A stretch of DNA of 39,864 bases from a virus, in the IMG/VR virus record IMGVR_UViG_3300045988_044618, positions 1 through 39,864 of that record; one strand, given 5' to 3'. This document shows, one piece after another, positions 15,020-24,240 of the stretch. Numbering within the stretch: the first letter of the stretch is position 1; the number at the start of each line of letters is the position of its first letter. The notes under the pieces are model-generated. The model saw only the letters and a program-made list of their open reading frames with translations, was not told where the DNA came from and searched no databases. A program made the position numbers and the translations under genes.

Positions 15020-16003
15020 TTAGTACCTCTTTGTAATTACAGGTGTCCCAAGTTCAACGCTGTACTGTGTGACATTGTTCTGCGCAGTAATAGTCTTTCC
15101 CATGATACGGACTTTCGCATTGATGCCCAGCTCTGGGAAAATGCAGGAAACAACGTCTCCCAAGTTCACGCAGTCGGAATCAATATCAAAGTCCATCGTT
15201 TCAAGGCGCAGCTGCTCAAGCAACTTGCCTTTCCCGTACTCCACAAGCCGCGCTTTGTAGTCCTTTAGGCTTTCGTCGTTTTTCTGCTGCTCCTGCCGAG
15301 CGTCTACGTACATTTCGCGACGGTCAATGCCCGCTGAAGCCGTGTCGCCTGCATAGACGGTGATACGCTCGTCGCCTGTGCCCGCGCCAGAAACGATAGC
15401 GACATTCTTGTAGCTTGCTGTTGAGACGCAGTAGTCCAGATTGCCGACATTTTGAAACCATGTCGAAAACTTTACGGTCTGACTTTCGCCCGGTTTGTAT
15501 ACCTCAAAAAGCAGCTTTCTATTCGGCTTGTCAAAGCGTAGCCTGAAACCAGCGTCAACGGCCTGCGCTATTTTTTCGCAGTATTCCTCAATGGTCTGGT
15601 CGGACGTTTGGGCCTCAAACTTGTCAGCAAGCCCGCATGACGCGCCCAGAGCCACGCAGGGCCACGCTTGCATATCATGAATAAGAGTACGCATAGCGGT
15701 TTCTGCGTTGATATTTGATAGCTCTGCGGTGCTTACGCGGTCAGATAAAAGCCGTGTTGCAGGAGCGCCGTTGACAATGATTTTGTTTCCCTCCGTCTGC
15801 ACGGATTTTATAATCATAAGCGTGTCGCTGTCGTCTATTTCGCAGTAATAGTCCTCTTTCATGAGGTCGCTGTATTCCTGCTGCTGCGACAATTCCAGCT
15901 GGAACGTGCCAAGCTGATTATATTTTTCCGTCCAAACAAGGGAGACAAACGTTTCAATCTGCCCGAGCTTGTTCAGTTGAGGGTCGTATACTCTACATAT
16001 CAT
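15020..16003 (-). CDS. Tail-tip protein, Siphovirus Gp37-like position (327 aa from ATG 16003)
   Basis: The N-terminus MICRVYDPQLNKLGQIETFVSLVWTEKYNQLGTFQLEL resembles Gp37-like tail proteins (from memory). The ATG overlaps the upstream stop. Confidence 0.6.
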   Translation of the reverse strand: MICRVYDPQLNKLGQIETFVSLVWTEKYNQLGTFQLELSQQQEYSDLMKEDYYCEIDDSDTLMIIKSVQTEGNKIIVNGAPATRLLSDRVSTAELSNINAETAMRTLIHDMQAWPCVALGASCGLADKFEAQTSDQTIEEYCEKIAQAVDAGFRLRFDKPNRKLLFEVYKPGESQTVKFSTWFQNVGNLDYCVSTASYKNVAIVSGAGTGDERITVYAGDTASAGIDRREMYVDARQEQQKNDESLKDYKARLVEYGKGKLLEQLRLETMDFDIDSDCVNLGDVVSCIFPELGINAKVRIMGKTITAQNNVTQYSVELGTPVITKRY

Positions 16004-16847
16004 CGAATACCCCCACATAGGCGTCATTATAGAAAACGCTCGTATTCAAGGCGTGTTCAGCGCCGTCAGTGTAGGAATGCTTGAGAATGTTGTCGCCCGC
16101 GCGAATGTAGTACAGGTTGCTTGCGTCATCGAGCTTTCCGTAGATGTTAGTTTCTACGTCACCGCTCGTTTTGATAACGGTCAGACGCTTGGATGCGCCC
16201 TCCCGGCTTACTGTGATATACTCGCCAGCTTGCAGTGATTCGTTGATTTTCAGCTTTTCCAGCGTGTTCACATTCGTGATTTCGGGATTGCTCAACGGAA
16301 GCTGCGCGTAGAAAATAACAGAGAACGTAACGTCCGTATCTCCGTCATTGATAAAGTTCATGAATACACTGCCGTCTGTAACGCCGAACTTGTGCTTTTT
16401 GTAGTTCACCGGGAACTTGAAGGACGGCGTCAGCTTTCCAATCTGCTGCCCTTTGCGGTCAGATGCCAGCCAGTAAGGGAAGGGGCAGAGAACCGTGAAC
16501 TGAAAAGCAGCGTCAAAGCGGCGCTGCTTGAAAGCCGGGGTTTTCTTCACGGTGCAGTTGCAGTAATAGCCGTCGCCGAAATACAGCTTGCCGAATGAGT
16601 TTGGCGTCAGGGTGCGCAGCATTTTACGCTTCATCACTCTGCTGTCGCCCAGCAGGTAGCCGCTGACTTCCCGCGTGATTTCTCCGACAGTCGCGCTCTC
16701 AAAGGTCTTGCCGACCTGTTGAAAGCCCTGCGACAGCGCTACATCAACATCTACATCCGAAAGAGGGTCTATATTCACGATAGAACCGTAATTATAGCCG
16801 AAATACAGCGTTTCGCCGTCATCCCGCACAAATCTTGCTGTGTACAT
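15993..16847 (-). CDS. Distal tail protein (Dit)-position phage tail protein (284 aa)
   Basis: It lies immediately downstream of the tape measure. The N-terminus MYTARFVRDDGETLYFGY is typical of phage-tail-family proteins (from memory). Confidence 0.7.
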   Translation of the reverse strand: MYTARFVRDDGETLYFGYNYGSIVNIDPLSDVDVDVALSQGFQQVGKTFESATVGEITREVSGYLLGDSRVMKRKMLRTLTPNSFGKLYFGDGYYCNCTVKKTPAFKQRRFDAAFQFTVLCPFPYWLASDRKGQQIGKLTPSFKFPVNYKKHKFGVTDGSVFMNFINDGDTDVTFSVIFYAQLPLSNPEITNVNTLEKLKINESLQAGEYITVSREGASKRLTVIKTSGDVETNIYGKLDDASNLYYIRAGDNILKHSYTDGAEHALNTSVFYNDAYVGVFDDM

Positions 16848-16860
16848 GCTTCACCCTCTT

Positions 16861-18892
16861 TCAAATTGCACCCATCATAAGCGCCCGCCGCTGCTCATAC
16901 TGCGCCTCGCGCATAAGCTCTGCCGCAGTTTTGGCCTGACTGTAGATGTTTTGGATAATAGTCACGCCGCCAACAGCAGCGTTTTTCTCGCCTTTTCGAT
17001 AGCTGTCGGCCTCTTTAGCCGTCAGAACCATTTCCCCGCGATGCAGGTTTGCAACGTAGTCGTTATAGGGAACATAGTCCAGACCGCCAGCGTGGGAGCC
17101 GTTTGTCTGCACCGTGCCGGTAAAGCCGGAGACCATGCCATCTACAAAATTTCCGACCTGTTCTTTCAGCCAGCCGCCCATACTCTTAATACCCTCGAGC
17201 AAGCTTTTTGCCGCGTTCACGCCTAAATCAAAGATTTTGCCGGGTAATTCCTGAAGGCCCGTAACAACAGCATCTAGCAAATCTTTTGCGGCCTGTTCAC
17301 CGTTTTTCCTCAATTCTTCGGCCCACTCTACGACTTTTTCAATCGTTTTTGTGAACCACTCTGCAATGTTTCCTGGCAACTGAGTAAAAAACTCAATTAC
17401 GTTATTCAGGAACGTAGATGCAGCGTCGATTGCGTTGGACTTCATTTGCCCAGCCCATGCAATGACGTTCTGGATCGTGGTAGACAGGAACGTTAAAACG
17501 TTGCCGGGCAGTTGCGTAAAGAACTCAACTACGTTTTGCAAGAATTGGGAACCAGCCTGCCGCGCATTCTCTACCGTTTCTATCGCCCAAATTGCGATGT
17601 TTGCAAGCGATGTGCCGAGAAATACGCCTAAGTTGTACGGGAGTTGCGAGAAAAATTCTACAACAGCATTGATAAAATCACTGCCAGCTTGGCGGGCATT
17701 CTCTGCTGTCTGTATAGCCCAATCTGCGATGCTCTGCACGGCGTTTGTCATGAACTCAGATATTTTATCGGGGAGCTGTTGAAACCACTCTATTGCACTG
17801 TTAATCGCCTCTGGAACGGTCTCTGTGAAGAATGTAACAACAGTGGTTTTAACAAACTCAAAAATTTCGTTGACTTTGTTTCTGAAATCTTCGTTCGTTG
17901 CGTACAGAGTGACAAATACGCCAATCAAAGCCGCAATCAGCGTGATTACGATTGCAATCGGGTTGGCTGACATAACGGCGTTGAGCGCAGCCTGCGCAGC
18001 CTTGAGTTTGCCTTGCGCCAAAGAAAGCAAATCAATTTTCCCAGTAAGCAGCCCAACGACAACTTCCGACCCTTTGAGCGTGCCATCCAAAGCGCCCTGT
18101 GCAACCTCTGAATCAGAAAGACCCATGCTGAACAGTGATACCGCAACTTTGGCCTCGTCGAAAGCAGTTACCATCTTCTGGATTTTCGTTCCAATTTGCC
18201 ATCCAGCAATAGCAGTGCCAACCGCGCCAATGGCAGGAGCCAAGTCTTCTATAACAGGGATTACTTCGTTGACTGCCTCTTTGACTTCATCAAAAATATC
18301 AAAAATTACACTAAAATCAGAATTTTCGATTGCGCTTGTCAGCGCATTTACTATCGCATCGCCAAAAAAAGAGAATAATTCATCAATGATTGGCTGTAAC
18401 TCGTCTGCCAAAAATCCAAGGCCGTTAAATAGTGCCTCTATCCCTTCTACGACGGTTGGCATCATGCTTTCAATAACAGTGCTGACTACAGGGGCCAACT
18501 GTGCACCTATTTCAGTCATGGCGTTAATCAGCGTTGGGACAATTTCTTGAATACGCGGCAAAATGTTTTGAGCAGCAGTAAGAAGACTGTCTACGAAATT
18601 ATTGATTAGCTGCTGAACATCCTGTTCGGGGTCTGCAATGCCTGTAAGCAGATTTTCCCAGGCGCTCTTCATCGAAGCTGTACTACCTTGGATGGTAGTT
18701 GCAGCTTCTTTGCTGGTCGTCCCCATGATGCCCATGTTGGCCTGCACCACGTGGATAGCAGAGACAATGTTAGAGTATGACAAGCTGGAGCCGTCCACCG
18801 TTACGCCGAGTTCTTTTTGCACATCCGTAAGCGTGGATGCCTCTTTCACAAGGCGCTCCATTTCGGTTTTTGTACCACCATACCCAAGTTTG
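16861..18892 (-). CDS. Tape measure protein, exon 2
   Basis: The frame is open upstream of the annotated Met as (L)KLGYGGTKTEMERLVKEA. The body is long and helical with ~37-aa internal repeats (ARQAGS.F...VVEFF.QLP). Joined to exon 1, it gives an 857-aa protein. Confidence 0.85.
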
Positions 18893-19097
18893 CACTTTGT
18901 TAATCTCCCGCTTGTACAATCAGCATATACGGGAGGTCAGACTGTCGCTTCTCCTATTTATAGGAGTCCTCTCACTCAGTCGTTCACGCTGGCATTACCT
19001 TGCGCCCTGTTGCCCCTGCTGCGGGGTGTCCAAGTCAATCAGAGAGGATTCGCGCTTGCGGATTATGTATTATGCCACAGCGCCCCCAAAGGTGTTA
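18893..19097 (-). ncRNA. Group I-like self-splicing intron (205 nt, no ORF) in the tape measure gene
   Basis: It starts after U (19098) and ends in G (18893). Helices: P3 19048-19042/18973-18967, P7 18981-18977/18944-18940, P8 18966-18961/18956-18951, P9 18935-18930/18910-18905. Removing it restores NYTMLDNL|KLGYGGTKTEM in frame. Confidence 0.65.
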
Positions 19098-19639
19098 AGG
19101 TTATCGAGCATGGTATAGTTTTGCTTCGCAAACCCGTTATATGCGTCCTGGATGGACTGCATATTGGTGCCCATTTTGTTTGCATTATCGGACATATCCG
19201 AAATTGCAGTATTCGCCATTTCAGCGGCTTTTTGTGTATCGCCGCCCAAACTTGAAACCAGAGTCGCAGCAAACGATGTTGATGTCTCCATGTACTCGTT
19301 TGCAGACAGGCCAACGTTCTTGTACGCGTCTTTTGCATAGCCCTCAATAATACCTGCGCTGTCCTTGTACAAGGTTTCTACGCCGCCGACAAGCTGCTCA
19401 TAGTCTGCGTAACTGCTCAGGGATGCTTTTCCAATATTGAGAGCTGCACCTGCTGCCGATTTTCCAACAGATACAATCGTGCTTCCAACAGCTTTCAGGC
19501 CATCAAAAACTGCATTTCCAAGAAACGTCCCGCTGAACACATCCCAAAAAGATGTTGTTTTGCCGCTTGCATCGTTTAACTGCCGTTCATAATCATCTGT
19601 ATCAAGACTTAATTTTGCGTTTAGATTAAATACGTCCAA
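19098..19639 (-). CDS. Tape measure protein, exon 1 (TTG start)
   Basis: AACTAGAAAGGAG, 7 nt, then TTG 19639. The exon ends ...GFAKQNYTMLDNL. In the unspliced RNA the frame would read through NTFGGAVA to a stop at 19070. Confidence 0.85.
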
Positions 19640-19657
19640 CTTCTCACTCCTTTCTAG

Positions 19658-19686
19658 TTGATTTTTTGTTAGCCATGCTGTATCCT
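19658..19686 (+). promoter_or_regulatory. Candidate promoter of the plus-strand moron
   Basis: TTGATT (19658-19663), 17 nt, TATCCT (19681-19686). The -35 overlaps the same CTCCTTTCTAGTT element that overlaps the -35 of the switch promoter at 980. Confidence 0.4.
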
Positions 19687-19707
19687 AGCTTTAGGAGGTG
19701 TTTTGCT

Positions 19708-20082
19708 ATGGCAAAAGCTAAAAATGCAGTTATCGCAGGAGATTACGTCGGAAAGAAGGTCAATCTTTCTTTTGGTCGAGTTCAACTCGACATGGGATTG
19801 ATGCCCGCAATCACATTAGACAGAAGCACCGTTGCAGATTGTTCTGTTGTGGATGAATCTCAGAAGAAGTCTATGTCTTCTGGTGTGATGCGTGGTCTTG
19901 TTGGCGGCGCCTTTCTTGGGCCTGCTGGTCTCGTGGCTGGCGCAGTCACCGCAAAACAAAAAGGCATTTATCAGATTGCAATTCAGCTGAAAGAAGACCC
20001 CCAGTGGGTTGCAAGCGGTAAACGCTTTTTAATCGAGGTAGACGATAAAATCTACAAAGCCATTATGACAAACTGCTTCTAA
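19708..20082 (+). CDS. Moron: 124-aa protein with glycine-zipper-like hydrophobic segment
   Basis: AGGAGG, 8 nt, then ATG 19708 (the track start at 19666 lacks an SD). The hydrophobic segment is GVMRGLVGGAFLGPAGLVAGAVTA. It lies on the opposite strand inside the tail module and is followed by a hairpin terminator. Confidence 0.7.
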   Translation: MAKAKNAVIAGDYVGKKVNLSFGRVQLDMGLMPAITLDRSTVADCSVVDESQKKSMSSGVMRGLVGGAFLGPAGLVAGAVTAKQKGIYQIAIQLKEDPQWVASGKRFLIEVDDKIYKAIMTNCF

Positions 20083-20085
20083 AAT

Positions 20086-20124
20086 GAGCCGCCCTATTTT
20101 GGGGGCGGCTCTTCCAGTTTTCTC
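20086..20124 (+). terminator. Hairpin terminator after the moron
   Basis: GAGCCGCCC-TATTTT-GGGGGCGGCTC followed by TTCCAGTTTTCTC. It overlaps the 3' end of the minus-strand 85-aa ORF. Confidence 0.5.
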
Positions 20125-20351
20125 AGCTTGTTCTTCATGTGTTCTTTGATTTCATCCGCTGTTCGGGTTTCCTCTGGCGGCGGGTTGATTATATCCCAGT
20201 ACCTTTTCGGCTCGCTTTTTGTTTTTATCATGTTTTTTGTAATCGTGATAAGTACATCCGACATATAAACACGATATGCCACTTCATCCGTTTTTTCTTT
20301 GATTCGGTATGGCAGTGCCGACATAAACGCACGGGCGCTCAGTTTCGGCAT
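20094..20351 (-). CDS. Tail assembly chaperone, -1 frame extension (gpT-like part of a G/GT pair)
   Basis: There is no SD before ATG 20351. This frame stays open upstream to the slippery site at 20402-20408. It sits between the chaperone and the tape measure. Confidence 0.65.
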   Translation of the reverse strand: MPKLSARAFMSALPYRIKEKTDEVAYRVYMSDVLITITKNMIKTKSEPKRYWDIINPPPEETRTADEIKEHMKNKLRKLEEPPPK

Positions 20352-20368
20352 GCTTAAGATTGCGACTA

Positions 20369-20740
20369 TTACGCTTTCTGCGCCGTACCGAAAGACTGTT
20401 TGAAAAAATTAACGAAGTCCTCGTCTTTCACAAGTTCGTTAATCTGCGCCAACGTGCTTAAGAAACCCTGCTTTCCGCATTCTTCTGGGGTAAGGCCGTT
20501 AAACAGAGAAAGAATCGCATATACGTCTTCTCTGTGGTCTTTCAAGAAGATGGGAACAAGATTCACAACGCGCGTAAGGCCGAACCTATAGACGTCAATC
20601 TGCGTATGTTCCCCTTTGGGAAGCCTGCGTTGAACCTCTGCAATGAGGTTTTTGTCATCGGCCATGTTCTGGATATGAGGGGCGGCGATGCACAAGACAT
20701 CGCAGGTCTCGTCGGTTGTCATCTGAGAAAGCAGTCGCAT
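20369..20740 (-). CDS. Tail assembly chaperone (gpG-like, 123 aa)
   Basis: The SD is GGAGGA with a 7-nt spacer. It lies between the major tail protein and the tape measure. It contains a slippery heptamer near its 3' end. Confidence 0.75.
   Translation of the reverse strand: MRLLSQMTTDETCDVLCIAAPHIQNMADDKNLIAEVQRRLPKGEHTQIDVYRFGLTRVVNLVPIFLKDHREDVYAILSLFNGLTPEECGKQGFLSTLAQINELVKDEDFVNFFKQSFGTAQKA
20402..20408 (-). promoter_or_regulatory. -1 programmed ribosomal frameshift slippery heptamer U UUU UUC
   Basis: On the minus strand the 0 frame reads AAT TTT TTC AAA. The -1 frame is open from here through 20351 to 20094. Confidence 0.6.
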
Positions 20741-20743
20741 TTT

Positions 20744-21310
20744 TTATTCCTCCGTGCTGTCGATGCTGTAGAACTCCATAGGGACAACGTCCTGCGCAGT
20801 GATGGAGACATGGCCAGTCAGCTCACAGGAAATCTGCCCCTTGCCGCTCTTGGTAGTCTGCAACGAGAAGCCACCAGTGGACAAAGCGTTTTTCAGGCAG
20901 ATAGCAACGCAGCCACCATCGGCGCGGTCACCTACCCACCACAGTTCGTCTTTGAAGTCGGTTTGCTTCAAGTCGCGGCGAGGCGTAATCTTGTTCGTGG
21001 TAACGTCTGCACAGCCCAGAGCCATCTTGATGTTGTCAGGGGACGTGCCAAGAGCCGTGAAGGACATTTTGCACTCCCAGCCGTCCAGATGTTTCAGCTC
21101 TTTGGTATTGACCGGGCAGTTGTCAACGTCCTCGCCCAAATCGGAGAAGGTCGGAACGCAAGTGGCGTTGATGCCGCCAGTAGTGGCGCAGATAATGTCG
21201 CCGTCCTTCGGAGCGGCAATGCTTGCTGGGTTGAATGTGTTCAACAGCACACCAGCGTCAAGCTGCAATGCGTCAAACGTATCTTTGGGAATAGCGGTAA
21301 ATTTACCCAT
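20744..21310 (-). CDS. Major tail protein (188 aa)
   Basis: The SD is GAGGTG. Position and size fit. The N-terminus MGKFTAIPKDTFDALQLDAGVLL is typical of siphovirus major tail proteins (from memory). Confidence 0.75.
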   Translation of the reverse strand: MGKFTAIPKDTFDALQLDAGVLLNTFNPASIAAPKDGDIICATTGGINATCVPTFSDLGEDVDNCPVNTKELKHLDGWECKMSFTALGTSPDNIKMALGCADVTTNKITPRRDLKQTDFKDELWWVGDRADGGCVAICLKNALSTGGFSLQTTKSGKGQISCELTGHVSITAQDVVPMEFYSIDSTEE

Positions 21311-21319
21311 ATTTTCACC

Positions 21320-21685
21320 TCAATTTTGGCATAAAAATTCGGCGGTAATGTTCAAATACCGCCGTTTAATGTTTTTGTCTGTTTCATCTGCCAGCGCTTG
21401 ACAGAAAGGAGAACCGCGCCGAATCCAAATGTAGCCACCGTCAAATTTCAGCAACTTGCCGCCGATGCCGATAGCGTCCGAGATTTCCTGCGCTTTGGCA
21501 TTTGGGACAGCCTCAGACGTCGTATAGAACCACAGGTTCACCGTAAGCGACGGAGCGCCTCCTTCAGCGTCAAAGACCGCATCATAAGTCAAGTATGGGA
21601 GTACAACGTCGTCCGGAACGGCGTTTGTAGCATACGCAGGAAGAAAGCTATCGAAAAACTGCTGTAGTGCAGCGCCCTTTGTCAT
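21320..21685 (-). CDS. Tail terminator / tail-completion-position protein (121 aa)
   Basis: The call rests on gene order (immediately upstream of the major tail gene) and size. Confidence 0.55.
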   Translation of the reverse strand: MTKGAALQQFFDSFLPAYATNAVPDDVVLPYLTYDAVFDAEGGAPSLTVNLWFYTTSEAVPNAKAQEISDAIGIGGKLLKFDGGYIWIRRGSPFCQALADETDKNIKRRYLNITAEFLCQN

Positions 21686-22044
21686 TTCGGCAGCCCTCCC
21701 ATGCGTTCAGCCGTAAAGCTCATTAAGTTGCGCAGCATAGAGGAAGCTGTTTTCGGGGCTTGCTTTTCTTCCGGGCGGCTTGTTACGCGATAATACGCGC
21801 CTGTTTCAACGTCTTTGTAGACGCTGCCATACTCAATCGGCACATCCAGGTTGACAACGCCGGTATATACGCTGGTCACGCCCTCTGCTTCTGCACGGCG
21901 AGCCTCCAAACTGCTATCCAGCGAAACGAAATTGTCAAACTCCGCGCCCTCTGCCCACTCGACAACATAGCCACCTTCGCCGTCCGGCTTTGTGGTCTTG
22001 TCCATAATGCAGCAGCGGCGCGAAAACGCATCCAGTAAGCTCAT
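21682..22044 (-). CDS. Head-tail joining (head-closure-position) protein (120 aa from ATG 22044)
   Basis: GGAGG, 5 nt, then ATG 22044. The call rests on gene order. The stop overlaps the next start (ATGA). Confidence 0.55.
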   Translation of the reverse strand: MSLLDAFSRRCCIMDKTTKPDGEGGYVVEWAEGAEFDNFVSLDSSLEARRAEAEGVTSVYTGVVNLDVPIEYGSVYKDVETGAYYRVTSRPEEKQAPKTASSMLRNLMSFTAERMGGLPK

Positions 22045-22466
22045 AATTTCCTCCACTTGTTCAGCCGTGATGCAAATACACTCTGCCAGCCCAGCAGAGA
22101 GCCGCCAGAACCGCCGCTCGCAGTAGATTTGGTGTAACTATACCCCGCAAAGCTTTCGCTTTGAAATGGGCTATTTGCGGCGTTCTCGTACTGCGTGCGC
22201 CACGCCTTAATTTCTTCTTCAAGGTGCAGAAATTCGGTAGGCACGGCCATGGCCCAGATAGCGCCATCAAAGGTTTCATCCCTTAACGAGCAGTTACCGT
22301 ATTGATACACGCCATCGTTCAGAACGCTGCCCACAACGCGGAAATACTGTCCGGCACGCAAAAAAGGCAGCACAATGCTCCCGCCCTTGATGCTGAACTC
22401 GCCCAGATGGACGCCATTCTGTGTGACAAACCAGTTCCGGCACTCCCTCATCAATTCCTCAAGCAT
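22041..22466 (-). CDS. Head-tail connector-position protein (141 aa)
   Basis: AGGAGG, 7 nt, then ATG. It is the first gene after the major capsid gene. Confidence 0.55.
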   Translation of the reverse strand: MLEELMRECRNWFVTQNGVHLGEFSIKGGSIVLPFLRAGQYFRVVGSVLNDGVYQYGNCSLRDETFDGAIWAMAVPTEFLHLEEEIKAWRTQYENAANSPFQSESFAGYSYTKSTASGGSGGSLLGWQSVFASRLNKWRKL

Positions 22467-22480
22467 TGTGCTGCCTCCTA

Positions 22481-23479
22481 TTACTTTTTGAACTTTGCCA
22501 GTACGACTTTTGCTTCGTTGGTCAGCGCCGCAACGTAGAACTCGTCAGCGGTGATCTCGGTGGAACGTTTACGCGGCTTGCGCTCGGTCTCCACGTTGAT
22601 ATTGCGCTTGCGGTAGATGGTCAGAGCGGGCACATCGTCCTCAGTCTCGCCGTCCTCGTTCAGCTTGACGATGGGGCAAGCGTAATAGGCGGTAGCAGCA
22701 GCCTTGACCTTATCGCCGACAATCAAAGCAGCAGCGCAATGCGGCTGGATGGTCGCCAGATGCTTTTTGGTGGAGGTTTCGGCGGTAGTATCAGCGACAA
22801 TCTCAATGGTGCCGGTGCTGTTGTCCTTCTCGTACTCGATAGAAGGAACCTTGCGGCTTGCCACAACGCGGGTGTTTGCAATCTTGCCGATTTCGCCGGT
22901 GACAGCAACGCCAGCCTGATACTTGTCAGCGCTGATAAAATCAGCATCCTTGCGCAGGGTCGCCATCTGCTTGGGGTTGATGAACATGACCTTGTCGCTG
23001 TTGATCTCCTCGTTGAACACGTCGATAGCGTCCACAACGCCGCTGTATTTGATAGCGGCGGCAGTGCCGTCATACACCAGCGTAGCGCCCTGCAAGGCTT
23101 CCATGCAGTCATTGTCGATTTTGGCAGCGATAGACAGCGCCAGCTGCGCGTTGGCTTCGCCAACAGGGTTGCCGTAGCCGGACATCACAGCTTCATCGGT
23201 CAGGCCGACACCCTTCATGGCCTTCTTGATTTTGTACTTCTTGTCCTTGGTGCTCATCTTGTCGATGTCAACGTCAACGCCCTCTGCCACGTCCTCTGCG
23301 TCACCAATGTAACCGTAAGACGGCACAGTAATGGTATCGCCGGGCACGCCAGCAAGGGTGTCATCCACCTTTGCAAAAGGCGCAACGCGGATTTTGTCAA
23401 GGATTTTAGCCGAAATCATATCGGCCATAACTTCCGGGTCAATCAGGTCTGCAAGCTTGGTCAAAATAGTATCTGCCAT
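22481..23479 (-). CDS. Major capsid protein, HK97 fold (332 aa)
   Basis: The SD is AAAGGAG. Size and position fit (after the scaffold gene). The sequence MADTILTKLADLIDPEVMADMISAK ... GNPVGEANAQLALSIAAKIDND is typical of Firmicute-phage capsid proteins (from memory). Confidence 0.85.
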   Translation of the reverse strand: MADTILTKLADLIDPEVMADMISAKILDKIRVAPFAKVDDTLAGVPGDTITVPSYGYIGDAEDVAEGVDVDIDKMSTKDKKYKIKKAMKGVGLTDEAVMSGYGNPVGEANAQLALSIAAKIDNDCMEALQGATLVYDGTAAAIKYSGVVDAIDVFNEEINSDKVMFINPKQMATLRKDADFISADKYQAGVAVTGEIGKIANTRVVASRKVPSIEYEKDNSTGTIEIVADTTAETSTKKHLATIQPHCAAALIVGDKVKAAATAYYACPIVKLNEDGETEDDVPALTIYRKRNINVETERKPRKRSTEITADEFYVAALTNEAKVVLAKFKK

Positions 23480-23482
23480 GTG

Positions 23483-24103
23483 TTAATCTCCTTTGCTGTT
23501 TGCAAGCTCGGAATACTGCTCCGGGCTTTCTTTCTTGAGTTTCAGTCGTTCGGCATAGCCCATTTTCTTAAAGGCTTCTGCCGTAATACCACTGCCGCCA
23601 TTGTTGGCGGGCGGGTTCGGTGTGGTTGCGCCTTGGGTGCTGGTAGTTACAACAAATTCGCCGTAACCGTCTTTCAAGCTGGTTTCAAACTTTGCAGCGT
23701 CTTTCGCCGTGCCGTTTTCGTCTAGCTCCAAAGCATCCAGAAAACCATCCGCCTTTGCCATCTTGGCAACAGTGGCAATCCGTTTGTCGGCGATGCCGAT
23801 TTTTTTCAGGGCGGTCTCCAGTGCCTTTTCTTTGGCAGCAGTAGTCTTTTCGGCGGCCACGCTTGTTTTGTAATCCTCAAAAGCCTTGTGCTCGGATTCA
23901 TACTTTTCTTTGTAACCGTCATCACCCTTTCCTTTTAGGTCGTCCAGTTCCTTTTGAACGCCGGGAAGTTTTTCCGCGTCGGCTTTATAGCGGTCAACGT
24001 CCGCTTTCAAACCGTTTACGGTGTCAGTGTGGGCTTCAATAATGGTGTCCTGCTGTTCTTCGGTCAGCCCCATACCTTTCAGCAGCTTGCGAGTAATAGC
24101 CAA
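23483..24103 (-). CDS. Scaffolding protein (206 aa from TTG 24103)
   Basis: AAAAGGAG, 8 nt, then TTG 24103. The sequence LLKGMGLTEEQQDTIIEAHTDTV and the charged coiled-coil body fit a scaffold. The longer track ORF runs through hairpin-rich intergenic sequence. Confidence 0.75.
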   Translation of the reverse strand: MAITRKLLKGMGLTEEQQDTIIEAHTDTVNGLKADVDRYKADAEKLPGVQKELDDLKGKGDDGYKEKYESEHKAFEDYKTSVAAEKTTAAKEKALETALKKIGIADKRIATVAKMAKADGFLDALELDENGTAKDAAKFETSLKDGYGEFVVTTSTQGATTPNPPANNGGSGITAEAFKKMGYAERLKLKKESPEQYSELANSKGD

Positions 24104-24240
24104 TGTTTTCGCTCCTTTTCTTCGGTGCCGGTCCTTCGACATTCGCGTTTTATTCAAAACGGCAGTGCTTCGCCGTTTTTGCGTATAAAAATAGCACCTG
24201 CCGCAAACGCGGTAGATGCTAATAAAAAGAGCCGATAGGC

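Noticed and set aside
22466-23725. 419-aa plus-strand ORF opposite the major capsid and scaffold genes
   Set aside because: It is an antisense shadow ORF in a GC-rich coding region. It has no SD and no recognisable motif, whereas the minus strand encodes clear capsid and scaffold proteins.
23483-24157. Longer starts given by the track for several genes (24157 scaffold, 30191 TerS, 35094 methyltransferase-like, 13583 fibre, 8751 HTH protein, 19666 moron, 39229, 37392, 35282)
   Set aside because: The extensions lack SD sites and run through terminator hairpins or upstream coding sequence. Internal starts with canonical SD spacing were preferred.
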